Source: Lytechinus pictus
Taxonomy: Eukaryota
Length of the DNA stretch: 64,000 nucleotides
Direction: 5' to 3'
Assembly: GCF_037042905.1 (NCBI RefSeq)
Contig: NC_087251.1
Span: forward strand, 28,584,001-28,648,000
Shown here: one piece after another, positions 1-13,000 of the stretch
How positions within the stretch are numbered: the first letter of the stretch is position 1
How the letters are laid out: the number at the start of each line of letters is the position of its first letter
Program-made: the position numbers and the translations under genes
The notes under the pieces: model-generated
Database searches by the model: none
Told to the model about the DNA's origin: nothing
What the model saw: only the letters and a program-made list of their open reading frames with translations

Positions 1-930
1 AGACAGATTTAGTCTGAAGGGGATATGGGTCATTTGTCATGAGTGAGACATCAAGGAAAGAACTTGACTGATTCGTGGGAGCCAATATCCAGGCATCTAC
101 CATCTTATTTCAAGGAGTGATTAAACTTTGGTTCAGTGAATTAATGATGATGACAGGCGTGATCATACCAAATATTGCTGGTCATTAAATTGACCACATG
201 GTATTCGAGTAGACAGGCATACACATACTCCAAGCTTCAATTGATGTGGTAGATGAGTTTCAGTATTGGCCTTGTATGGAGAACATTTTGCTCCAGCTGT
301 ACTCTGTACTGAAAAAGGGATATATTTGATTTTCGTTCAGAACTTTTCCTTTGCATTCAGTGAAGCCTTTTACTTTCCTGCTTTATCAATTGCTGTTCTC
401 AAGGTACTCTTTCCGAAATCTCTCCGAAATCTACAAAGGCTGCATGCCAAGTTTTGTTGTTTGTTTGACCTCAGTTCAATCACACTTACTGCCTTCTCAG
501 AAGTGTGTTGGTTTGGGGGTAATTGTGAAGTGGGCACCATTATTAGAATGTTGATTTTCAACACAGGTTTTCTCCAAGTTGTGGATATTGTTCATCCAGA
601 TGGAATACATGACGGAGCCTTACAGCATTGATGAGGATTATATATGGACTGTTTGCAGCGTCGTATAGGACTCTTCTGTACATGACTCAATAGGAGACCG
701 AATATACCATTGGGCCTTCATATTGCACTGAGGGAACATAAGGCTGTGAGAAGACTTGATATTATTATACTCAGTTTGTGATGTCTGAGGATTAAGTAAT
801 GGAAGTTTGATTTCAAGCTAGAGAACATACAGAGAGAAGGATCCAGGATCATCAGCCAAGGGTTTTACCCATAAACTTTCAAATCCTTGATTGTGCCAAC
901 ATTGATATGTGATTGATCCTTCACTGTTAT

Positions 931-1097
931 ATGGAAATGGAGCATTTAAAGACTCCGGTAAAGGAGTTCAGGGCTTCTTCCCTCTCCTCTCCTGCTACTT
1001 CCCCCGTAACCCCAAGGTACAAAATAAACATGGGCTCTGTTGAAGAAGAAGAAGAAGAGGACCAAGAATTCAATATTTTCAGCTTACTTAAACCTAG
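931..1097 (+). CDS. Candidate alternative first coding exon of a short nesprin isoform (MEMEHLKTP...FSLLKPR)
   Basis: ATG at 931 after an in-frame TGA at 910-912; donor AG|GTAGGT at 1097/1098 is phase 2, matching the phase-2 acceptor at 1471 (AG+A=Arg, then VKKLK). Confidence 0.6.
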
Positions 1098-4000
1098 GTA
1101 GGTCACTAAAAGAGTGCTGAAATAGAGGGTGTTAATTTTTTTGTAAAATGGTACTTGATGGGGTTTTTCTGTAAAGTGGAGAATGTTTGATGTTGATTTA
1201 TGCTTCTAGATTCAATCTTCGTGCTCTGAAATTGATTCTGCACAAAATGTGTGAACGTGTGAGGCTTAATTCTCTATTTCTGATCTCCCGTGTCAATCCT
1301 TAATTTTCATCATCAGAAGCAATCACTGTTTGCTTGTGTCAAGAACATGCAGCTAAACATTCTTATTTAATTTTCAAATGAATGACAATGAACAATAATT
1401 TTAAACTGAGTATTGCTTTGATGATATTGATGCAAGTCGGAAATTTCATCAAATTTCATTATACTTTCAGAGTGAAGAAGTTGAAAGACACCTTGACTGC
1501 CGTCCAGCAGCTGGAGCAGGACATGAGTAAACTACGAGAATGGTTAAGCAGAGTAGAAAGAGAACTCAACACTCCGCTCACATACGAAACGTGTCATATG
1601 CTGGAGATAGAAACCAAACAGAAATTTCATGAGGTAAGTTTGACGAGTGGAAATTAGTTTTCTTATGTAGAGATGATTCAGAGGGACCCACTTGGTTTGG
1701 GAAGTGTAGTATATTGCTTTGATGCATGTAGCTCACATTGATCTAGAAAAATGTATTCATGGTTTTGCATTGGCAAGGCATACATTTAAATGCATGCGGT
1801 CAAGAATCCATCTGGTTTGTCTTCATTTTACATACCAGTCTACATTATATCTTATTTTATTGACTGCATGCATGTGAATGATTCAGAATATTTTGTTAAA
1901 GATTATAAATTGATGATTTCCCCCTTTAAAAATAACTTTTCATGATTCGCATCCATAGGACCAGTTTTGACAGTTCTATCATTTCCCAACCATGATACAT
2001 GTACATATATACTGAATCAAAACCACCACAATACTTGGCTTTCTGATGAAAAAAAGTACTCTTTTGAAAATCCCTCCATTTGTCAAGGGATACAGAGCTC
2101 ACAGGACAGGTATTCTCAATCCAAAGGGTTTTCAAATTCCTTCCCTTTTGAAAGCCATCCTCTAAACTATGTGGGAACAAAAGGACTGGAAAAACAATCT
2201 CTGAGCTCAGAAAGAGGGTCTCCATGCAGTAGAACCATTGATGCCTGACAGATTGACTCATTGTGCAGTCTTTACATCTCATAAAACTTTGAGGCCATCC
2301 AGAGGTTGGAATAACACAAAAAGAAACAGTGAATTTTGGGTCTTGTGTCACTGGAATGAATGGGACACAATGAACCTGCCCGTTAGAATCAGAGGAAATA
2401 AAACTTGAATGAAGAAATGGGAATCAGTATTGTATATTCATCACTTGAGAACATATTTCAGATAGTTTTGGTGGGATAACTTATGATCAACCATTTGGTA
2501 TATTTGGAGGGTGTTTTTAAACTTGTATACAAATGAAATAAAGTTACAATAACTCAATGAATTAGATTATAATTTTTATCGACATGATCATGAAAACCAT
2601 ATTGACCTATATTCAGATTAGGTGAAACACACCCAATTTAATAATAGACATTTCCTCTGAATGTAAATAATTTGAAGTGCTTTGATTTTTTAGCTTGTCA
2701 TCTAAATAATTTTTATGTTCTATTGCATAGAGATAGTTTCTAAGTTTAACAGTTTGTGTAATCTTTATATGCATTTTTTAACTAGAGCCTTGAATCGCTG
2801 TAATTGTGTTTCATGTTCTTGTCTATCATTTCATTATTTCTCTCAGATCCAACTTTAAAATGTCCTATTTTTCCCCTAGAAGTTAATAAAAGAATATTTA
2901 CTAAACTTTTAAAGATCAACCTTGAGATCATAATATAGATACCTGTTTAATGGAGGCAGATGGCACATCATTCAGAATATCCATTCAAACATCAATATTT
3001 GTAAATATTTTTTTGTATTTGCTCCACCATACTTGGTGTCCACATGTCCACTCCATGTAAACACCCATCTCGTTTTATTCCTTCATCAGGAACTTCATAA
3101 AGACATTACCCGACATAGCAGTGGGGTTGCATCAGTACTAAACCTTTGTGAAGTGCTTCTTCATGATCAAGATGCTTGTTCAACCGATGCAGACTGTGAG
3201 GCTATCCGAACTGCCACTCAGACGTTGGACCAAAGATGGCATAACATCTGTACTCTGTCTGCAGAAAGGAAAATGAGGTTTGTCACATTCTTTCTTGACT
3301 CTAATGTAAGAAAAAGAAATGTTATTCATGATCTTCCATCACTGGTCTTTCAAGGTGTATGTGTCAATCATGGTCAGAAATTGGTAGAATATACTATTTT
3401 CTTCAAAAATGAACCATCAAATATTGGCTTTCCATAAATATTTTCTTATTTTTTATTGTGCTGAGAGTGTAGTAATGGAGCTAGAGTTAGCTCCATACTT
3501 GGAAAGTGGGATTAGATTAGAATACATAGATTCCAAAGCCCAAGGCCCATTTTCACAAAAGTTTACTAAGTTTTAATCTGTGAGAAGCAAATTGTAGTGC
3601 AAATCTAAATTCGCAGATGATGATTATTATGACTAGTTGATTAATCAGGATTGACTGCATTATATGCTTTGAGAAGAATTGAAGATGAATTGTCATATTA
3701 GATAAGTAAAGCTGGTAGTGGTTTGTGTACTGTTTTGTCAAATTGTAGATTGGATACTCAGTGACCCATGGTAACACTGTGGTGGTTATACTTTGAAATG
3801 ATAGTGATATGTATACCTAATGTTAATTATGTTTTGGTATTCTTTTTGTGCAGGATCGAGGAGACGTGGCGCCTTTGGCAGAAGTTCAAAGAGGATTATG
3901 AGAGATTTGCTAACTGGTTAGAAAAGAGTGAGCAAGCCATCGCAGCTCCCAATTCATCCTGTACACCATATATTATCGTCAAAGAAGAAATTAAAAAATA

Positions 4001-7000
4001 TGAAGTGAGTCTTATATGATATTGACAAGTGAATACTCTTTCTCTTTTGCCTATTAAATGTGTTACAGGGTTTTGAGTAGGTCCTTTGGGACAGGCCTCT
4101 CTACTATCATGTCTTGAATAATGTAAATACATTTCTTTACCCATCTTTTCCTACATGTTTCCAACTTCAACCTTAATGTACCATACGTAGTAGAAGGATA
4201 ATGATCTGATCAAATGCCACAAAGGTCATTTTATACCTGAAAATAGCTTGGTAACCAAATAATAGTTTGGAGGATTCCACTTCAAACTTGGTATGCATGG
4301 GAGTGCAGGGGGTGTTTCACAAAGATTTAAGTATGACTTAGAGTCTCACTTAAATGTTGACACATACATTATATGCAACATGCAATCTTATTGATCCATA
4401 CGCAGTAGTGCGCATCCTCTTGGCGTGATCTGACCAGTGCAGTGATGTCTTTTACATGCAACTAGGCATTTAAGTGCAACTCTAAGTCATACTGAAATCT
4501 TTGTGAAACACCCCCTAATGATCTGACAAATTCGGGGGTCATAATATCAAAGGTCACAGAGGTCAATATTTGAAAAAATTAAGAAGTTGATGTGTATATT
4601 CTTGATCTGGAAGTCGCAGAGGCATTTTGAATGCTTGCATTTGATAATTCATGTAGTTAATGTTGAATCTTTCATTATTATCTGTCAGAGAAACACAACT
4701 ATTTTTCAAATCTTCCTTTCCAAATTCATTTTAAAAAATGATCCGATAAACCAGTTGCAGATAAAGAAAAGAGGCAAATTTTTTTACATGTTGCATGATG
4801 AATTTTGTTTCAGGCATTCCAACGTAAGGTTCATGAAAACCTCACCCAACTAGAGATGCTGAATAAGCAATACCGTCGTCTAGCAAGAGAGGGCAGAACA
4901 GATGGTGCTAATCAACTCAAGGGTCTTGTCCACACTGCCAATGATAGGTAAGAACATGCTCATTAATTCATAGTGTAAAAGAAACGTTGACTTCTTGAGG
5001 CACAATTTCTTATCCCACCGCTGCCACCGTATATTGAAAGGAATCCCTAACTTCTGGAAGCATGTTAAAATCTGAACTGACTGACAAAGAAGTTATCAGT
5101 TTATGAACTACAGTTTTGAAAAAAATGAAGCATTTAAGATGCAATCCTTAAATGCTTTAAAAAGAAAACAACAATGCTTCATTAGAAGTAATCAGAAATG
5201 ACAGTCTTTTTCTCCCCCACAATCTTGTTCTCTTTATTTAGACAAAATCAGAACCAACTGCAGATTAGCTAGCCAAACAGAGTAAAGCATGAGATGATAT
5301 CAAATTAGTGAAGGGTCTACTTAGATTTGTAATTTTCATGCTGGACATAAATGTTATAAATGTTTGTTTTTCAGATGGGATGCTTTAGCAAGAAGGTGCT
5401 GCAGCGTTTTAAGACGTCTTCGTTCACAGCAAAGTTTGAGAGACGAGTTCGAAGGGACGAGAGAGAGTATGGTAGTATGGCTGACAGAGATGGACCTCCA
5501 GCTGACCAACATAGAACACTTCTCACAGTCGGATATCTCTACCAAAACAAAACAAATGAAAGTAAGTCATAAGACTTCCACATTTTTGAGAATCACAAAG
5601 CTTTGGTGATCAGTTTGATGTCTTTTCAGTTGCTTACTTGTTCACGGGTTATTAACCCCAATTAGGCACTCCACAATCATTATTGTGACTGTAGCAGAGC
5701 TGCTGCTAGTGCCTCAGCATTTCAAGGAAGGTTATTCCAGTTGAGTACACATTAAAGGACAAGTCCACCCCAACAAAAAATTGATTTGAATAAAAAGAGA
5801 AAAATCCAACAAGCATAACACGGAAAATTTCATCAAAATCAGATGTAAAATAAGAAAGTTGTGACATTTTTAAGTTTCGCTTAATCAAAACAGTTATATG
5901 CACATCCTGGTTGGTATGCAAATGAGAAGACTGATGACGTCATCCACTCACTATTTCTTTTGTATTTTATTATATGAGATATGAAATATTCTAATTATCT
6001 CCTCATTGTCAAGTGAAACTGATTAATTTCTCCCTGAACATGTGGAATTAGCATTGTTTAATACTATATGGTTCAGTCAAGTCAGTCCCAATGGTCAAAT
6101 CTATAAAAAAATGAAATATTGTATAATTCAAACAATAAAAAACAAACGAAATAGTGAGTGATTGACATCGACTGAGTCATTTGCATGTCACTGAGTTGTG
6201 CATATCACTGGTTTGTGATAAATAAGCGAAACTTTAAAATGCTATAACTTTCTTATTTTACATCCAATTTTGATGAAATTTTCAGTGTTATGCTAGTTTG
6301 ATTTTTCTCTACTTATTCAAATCAACATTTTGCTGGGGTGGACTTGACCTTTAACCAAACCAAGGTTGAGTGTGGTAAATGTAGATATATAATCATGTTG
6401 CTTGTTCCATTCTATTAGGCATTCCAACATGAGATTGAACTGAACCAGTCTAGACTGGATGAGATCGATGGGTATGCCCATAACCTGATGCAGCGATGTG
6501 ATGCCAACGATGCTGTTCAGATACAGGAAGAGATGGATGATCTTAGAGGCTATGCCGATGAGGTCTTTGCCAGAGTCAGCAAATTCCAGAGGAAGCTGGA
6601 GAGGATTACAGCCACTGAGGTAATTATCACACTTTTGAAGTGAAAAATATCATGTTATCAGCACAATGTATTTGACATCCTGGAGTAGGTAAACTGCCTA
6701 GTTGTCTTTTGTCAACTCATCCACTCATCACATGGTCTACCTTCATTTAGTCTAATTCCATCCATCAACATTACATCTAATAACCTTTTGGTCCAATAAT
6801 CACTTCGTCTAATCACCAGTTCGTCTATGACCATTTCATCTAATAACCAGTTGGTCTAATAACCATTTTCTTCTCATTTATTTCGCCCAATTAACACTTA
6901 TCCAATTATACCAAATGATTTATGGACTAAATGGATGGTGGACCAACTGGTTATTAGACAAAATGTTGAGTGGACGAAATGGCAATTAGACCATGTGGAT

Positions 7001-10000
7001 AGTGGATGAATTGGCATTAGACCAATTGGAAATAAACCATGGAGTAGACCACTTAACCACTAGAGGAAATTGTTTGGAGGGCTTCTTTTGTAGGTACCTC
7101 AAGGACAAGGTATCCAAGTAATAATCTCTGACAAGACTGCAGGTCATCAGAGATCACTTTGGATATGTTGCCTTGAATTAGTGAACTAGCTTAATAATGT
7201 TGTATGATTACTGATAGTTTGTATTTCAGTACAGGATGATACTGAATTTTTATGATCTATTAAAAAATGAAACGAAAAGTATCTCTAAAGCATTGTGTAT
7301 CTATGGCATTGTGTGTCTTAACTAGGAATGGTTTCTCACCTTTCCATTGTATGAATTTTAAGAAGCAAATGTATGACTTAGCCAGAAATGTTATCATCAC
7401 ATACTTTCCTGTCACTCTTTGCATAGTCTACACATATGATGCAACATGCATACTAATTCTGTATAGATGACTCCTAACTAATGATTCTTAAGGTAGACTA
7501 GGAGCATTTTAACTTTAATTCCTTTGTAGATTTTGTGTGCAGTGAATGCTCTAATCTTCCTTTCTCCCCCATAGAGTTTCTTGCATAGAAACCAAAATTG
7601 TGTTGTAATCTTGACATGAACCTCCTGTTTTTTTATTGCTCATTTGAACATAAATTTGACAATTAACACAAGGTGGCTTGGGTTTTAAAAAAAATACTAT
7701 TTGGAAAACCTGTAATACATATATTTTTTACTGAAACAAGTCATGACTCACATTATAAATGGCCAAAATAAATTAAATTTGTGAGCCATCAAATGCCAAT
7801 ATAAAGCAAGTGCTCATGGGATTCTTGTGCAATTAAAAAAGGTTTCATTGAACATTGAATATAATTATAAGATGAGATTAAAACTTTCATTAAGTACCTG
7901 TTGTGAATTCTGTGAGGGAGACTACACAGAGCAGATTCTTTATGAGCAAAACTTCCTTCAACCCCCCCTTATTTATATGAGAATGGGGATGAACTAGATG
8001 CACTCTTTAACTAATCATCTCTGCTTTAAACTGCTTTATTGTTTATTTCAATCCATTGCTGTCTAATCTAAAGGGTGAATCTTCTAGCATACCTTTTGAT
8101 TATTTCATGGTTGGCAATACTAAGGTATGAATGTTGACTTTGTCATATCAGTGTTTCATCTTAAGTCTAGTTCATAAGTTTCGTATCGACCTGCTTCATT
8201 ATGATTTCTAGTAGCACTGAGAAAACAGCAAAAAGTTATAACCGAAGAAAATTTTATGTTGATTTGTTTTTATTATCTGTGATGACGTCTGAGAAAATTT
8301 AGTTTCCAGATACAAGATTATGTTCTTTGAAATATCTGATACTCTCAGACTCTCTTGAAAAAAGAAATATGTAGTATCTTCGATAGGAAATCAACTCTTA
8401 TATTCCCCATCTAAACAGGTTCTCATGAATTTACCAATATTGTTGTGGTGGAGTTGATCTAAAAGATTCCACAGAAAATACAAGATTTGTCATTCCATGC
8501 TTTTAACCACTTCAATCTCTTCAAAATCCCTTTTTCACTTTTTGTTGTGTGTGATTATCATATTTTTTGTTGCTTCTATTTTCGTTGCTTCTATTTTCGT
8601 ACTTGTTTTCTTTAATTTCAATGCTCTATTTTGTATTTATAATATTTGACTCTTATGTCATTTCAGTTTTTGCTGTGGCTTTATATGTGAAAAGCTTGTA
8701 ATTTCACTTCTTAAATTTTAAGTTATGTTGGTTATCTGTTAAATTTCAAACGTATTTAGTATGTTTAGAGTTGTAATCTGTCATCTGTTTTTGTCATTCT
8801 GTGTATTGATGAAAATTTGGCTTTGAGCAAATGCCATCTTAAACCATCTTTTTTTTTACCCCATTCCGTGTTACTCTATTTCTTTAGTCAGCCAATTTCA
8901 AATTTTTTCTTTTGATATGATGTATCTTAATCCAATTGAGTATTTGATGTAGTGCCTTTTCCTTGCAGTTGCAATGCTTTACAATTTGATCCAGTTCATG
9001 TACTGTTAATCTATGTTGTACTTTTTAGTACTGTAATAAAAAAGATCAATAATTTGGTAGTACTAGCGTTCAAATGATCTGGTCCACCTTGCTCAAATTT
9101 GTGCAGATGAGCTAGGATACAGTACTTATGTATGATACTTGGCTACCATTCTTAAAGGTTTGATAAAGTGTGGTCTACAAACGTTTTGGTATAACTATGG
9201 GTAGAAAAATGGGTAACACAAAAATATGGTTGTATATGCTCAATGTATCTGCATGTTTGGCACTTGAATCATTAATGCATGCTAGTTTTCTTCACTAAAT
9301 GTGAAAAAAGCAAAATAAACATAGGAAACATGCAATGGAAACAGTAATTTGACTTCCCATAATTTCTAACTGACCTAGACCACGGCTGAAGTTTAAACAA
9401 AGTCCAGATTGCAGGCAATTTTATGCCAAGTATTTCCACAGGAAATGTTCCTAAGGATACAAAATATGATAGGCTGTACTAAAGGACATAAACAAAGCCT
9501 TTATGTCATATACTTTAATGTTATATTTGAACATCTAGTTCTCAAGTACGGATACGTCGGATGAGGAAGACGAGGATGGTGAGGCGATGAGTGAGAGCGA
9601 CAACGATGAAATCCTTCCTACCCATCTATCACCGAGCAGAGTCCATCGCAGACCCTACGATGCAAGGGCCAGGTCTCGGGACAGTTCAGCAACCCGGTCA
9701 GCATCTCCAGGACCAAGTGAATACGTCTCTGGCAGGATAACTCCGGCCAGTGGGGTATCATCTCTAGACTGGGACATGTACATGACAACCAATGCAGATG
9801 GAGATCCAGATGTCAGGTACAGGAAAGCATTTCATAATTGTTACAAGCTACTGAAAGTCCTTGCATTTGATTGGCTGAGAGCCAATTTGTCAGTGAAAAT
9901 TACTAACCCAAAGCTTCATGAAGCATTCATCAGATCTTTTTTTTTCTTTAAATCCTGTAATAAGCTTTTGTTTTTAAGATGATTTATTTTTCAATATTTA

Positions 10001-13000
10001 AATTTATTGTCAAAAATAAAATGAAGATGCATTCTATTTGTAGGAAAATAAAGTCAATGACCAACAACTTATTAAAACATCGATATCAATCACATTGTCA
10101 TTCTATTTTCTTAGGTGGGGTAAGAACAAGCAGCGAGGTGGAGAACCTGTTGATGTCCTGTATGCCCAGCAGCTCATTGACAGCTGTACATCTCAACTAG
10201 AAGAAGCAGAGAACATGGTCACCTGCAAAACACCCATTGGTCCGGATGTAGAAGAATTCAAAACAGCCTTTGTAAGTTTTAGTCCTACCCTTAGCTTCAT
10301 AGACTGAATTTAAAAAACTCCATGAACTTATTGGATATCTTTTCATTGGATTTGAACCTAATATTGTAAATGCAGCATGTATATATCAAATACATCACTT
10401 GTCCAACACAATGGACCTGAATATGATACCAAGCTGCATTCAGACAAATCTAACTCTGAAATCCAGGCAACATGAATGGCAGTTTTAGTTTTAGTATTCT
10501 AGTATAGCAGTGACCTTAATGTTTATTTTTTTTTTGTCTTCATTATTTTCTAGGATACCGTAGCTGAGAATTGTAAGAGCTGTGTAACAGCAGTGAAAAG
10601 ATTGGCGCCTCAACTCAGTGACCATCCTTCATTAGCCCGTCAAGTATCAGGTAAATACAGGTTAGGCATAACATTAGGGAAATGGTTCGGCAAGGGTGGT
10701 TAACAATGAAACTTTATACTTCAGTTTATTGCTAGCTGTAGTTCTTTGGATTCCATATATATTCACAGTTCGTTAGCGCATGAAGACATCACTTTCTGTT
10801 CATTTTAAAATTGTCCTTGTCATAGTCTTTGATATGCTTCATGAATATGATTTGTATGCAATCTTAAGAAAGCTTCCATCTTTATACCCTTGAAATTACC
10901 TCCAGGAAACCACTGAGTAAATTAATGCGATGAGGAAATTTGATATTAAGAGGTAAGATACTGCTTATCATCCTGCATTTCACGTGTTGTGGTGAACAAG
11001 TGATTTGAGCATCCTCCCTACATCTTAAGGTGGCAGATTCAAACCTTTCCTGTGTTTAAAATGGTTCCAATTGCCCTTTCTGCAGCCAGTACTAACTTGT
11101 GTACGTATTTGTGTTACCAAGGCAAGGGCTACCGAAGCATATAGAGATCGTCTATGTGTCTGAAGTACAGAAAGGCTTACAGTTTTTGATCTACCACCTA
11201 AACATCATGATATTGATTCATTTGATGTTTCAGATCTTGTGGGTCGATGGGAGGTATTACAAGGAGAACTCATGGAGAAAGGAGCCATGTTAAGACATAA
11301 TTACCAGACGTGGCAACAGTATGATAACGATCTGAATAATTTGACTGCCTGGTTAGACCAAGCAGAAGCAACACTCGCATCACAAGCTAATGGCGGTGAT
11401 ATCGCAGACCTGGAAGACATGATCAGAATGTTCAGGGTATGATTTAATAATTTTCTTTTGCTCTATCTTCCTAAATTCTGTTTAGATATTTGTCTCTCTT
11501 TCTCTATGTCTCTTTGTCAAATTTGTTCCTTCTTCAAAGTTTATTGTGTATTTTATTTTTTGTAGTTTATTACTTTTGGCAATTGCGGCTATCAAACTTT
11601 TTACATGCTTTCATACAATGTTGTTTCGTATCCCATCATTAGTTTTTTTTTTGTAAATGAGGTAGAGTCATGTTCACAAGATGCAAGGTGGTTTATTTAG
11701 TCTCTGTAAAAATAGTTACACAGAAATTTGGTTTTCACTCACAAGTTTGAATGTGTTCATTAGCACATGAATAAGACAGGGTATAATAAAAAATATATAA
11801 CTGAAAAATTAAACAAAATTAGCAATAAGAAAAAGTGGTAACTGCAATCCAGTTGTAACTTCGATATTGTATCATTCAAAATTTTGAAATTATGCTGGCA
11901 AAGTACACTCCCCTCTTATGAAAAATGAATGCAAGATTTATATTTTCTCCATGACCAGGACTTCATGTTAGGTCTGAATGCAAGACGAACCATAGCGTAC
12001 TCCATCAATCTGTGTAGCCAGCAGTTTGTGGATCCTGATACCCCTCAAGGTCAGGAGCTAAGCTACAGACTTCAGGTCATGAACAGACGCTGGGAAGGGG
12101 TATGTGCCAAAGCTGCAGACTGGCAGAAGAAACTCCAGGTAACATTCCTCTTTAGCTACTTGTTGGTTGTGGTTATCCTTTTGTTCAGAATAAAAGCTTG
12201 GGGTTTTGACAAGAAAATATTCATTTTCATAATTGACTTGTAAGAGACCAAAGAACAGCGGCAGCAGCAACAACAACATAGTGATAACAATGATAATGAT
12301 AATAATAATAATAATGATTATACTAGCTTATATAGCACTTATCTTATTTTATCAGAAGTCTCATTTTAAACATTCTTTCTAAAAGGAATCAAAATTATGT
12401 TGCAAAAAAGTATAAAAATACTTCTCTTCATGACTGTATGTGAATATAATAATGATGTTTATTTTATCTGTAGATGGCTATCGTGCAATGTGAAGAATTT
12501 CATCAGACAACCAAAGACCTTGAAACAAGACTGAATGAAATCGATGAAATAATGACAGAGACTGAACCTATAGATCTCAATGCTGATCCAGAGATACTCA
12601 ACAATCAATACAGAATATTTGCCGTAAGTCAATTGTTTTTTTGCATTTCAAATACATTGAATCTCTTTTTTTTGGGGGGGGGGTTAAAATATACCCTCCA
12701 CAGAGCATTTTAGAGTAGCACATGAATTATGTTTCCCTTATGATTCAAAACACATTTTTTAGCATAGACTAGTGTATGAATTTTTCACTTCAAATTTGTC
12801 TTTGCCTAGAATTTAGTGTAATGATTGTTGTCTCAGTGTTTTGTCAAACTTTCATCTAAATAGAGTATCCTTACACTGCCACCTTTAATGTACTTTCAAC
12901 TAAATTCCACAAAGTAGATTCTTTAAAGAATGGCTGATGCTCAGTTCTATTTGATTGACTCAGCAACCTGGGCAAAATGGGAAAAAGTGAGCAAAACATG

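Noticed and set aside
266..631. 121-aa ORF and overlapping short ORFs
   Set aside because: Non-ATG start, no recognisable domain, no fitting splice phases; more likely intron or 5' UTR of the 931 exon.
6620..9538. Possible microexons or a KASH-less terminal exon in the 2.9-kb nesprin intron (e.g. 7094-7109; AATAAA at 9035)
   Set aside because: Candidates are not frame-preserving or have weak sites, and the flanking exons already join in frame.
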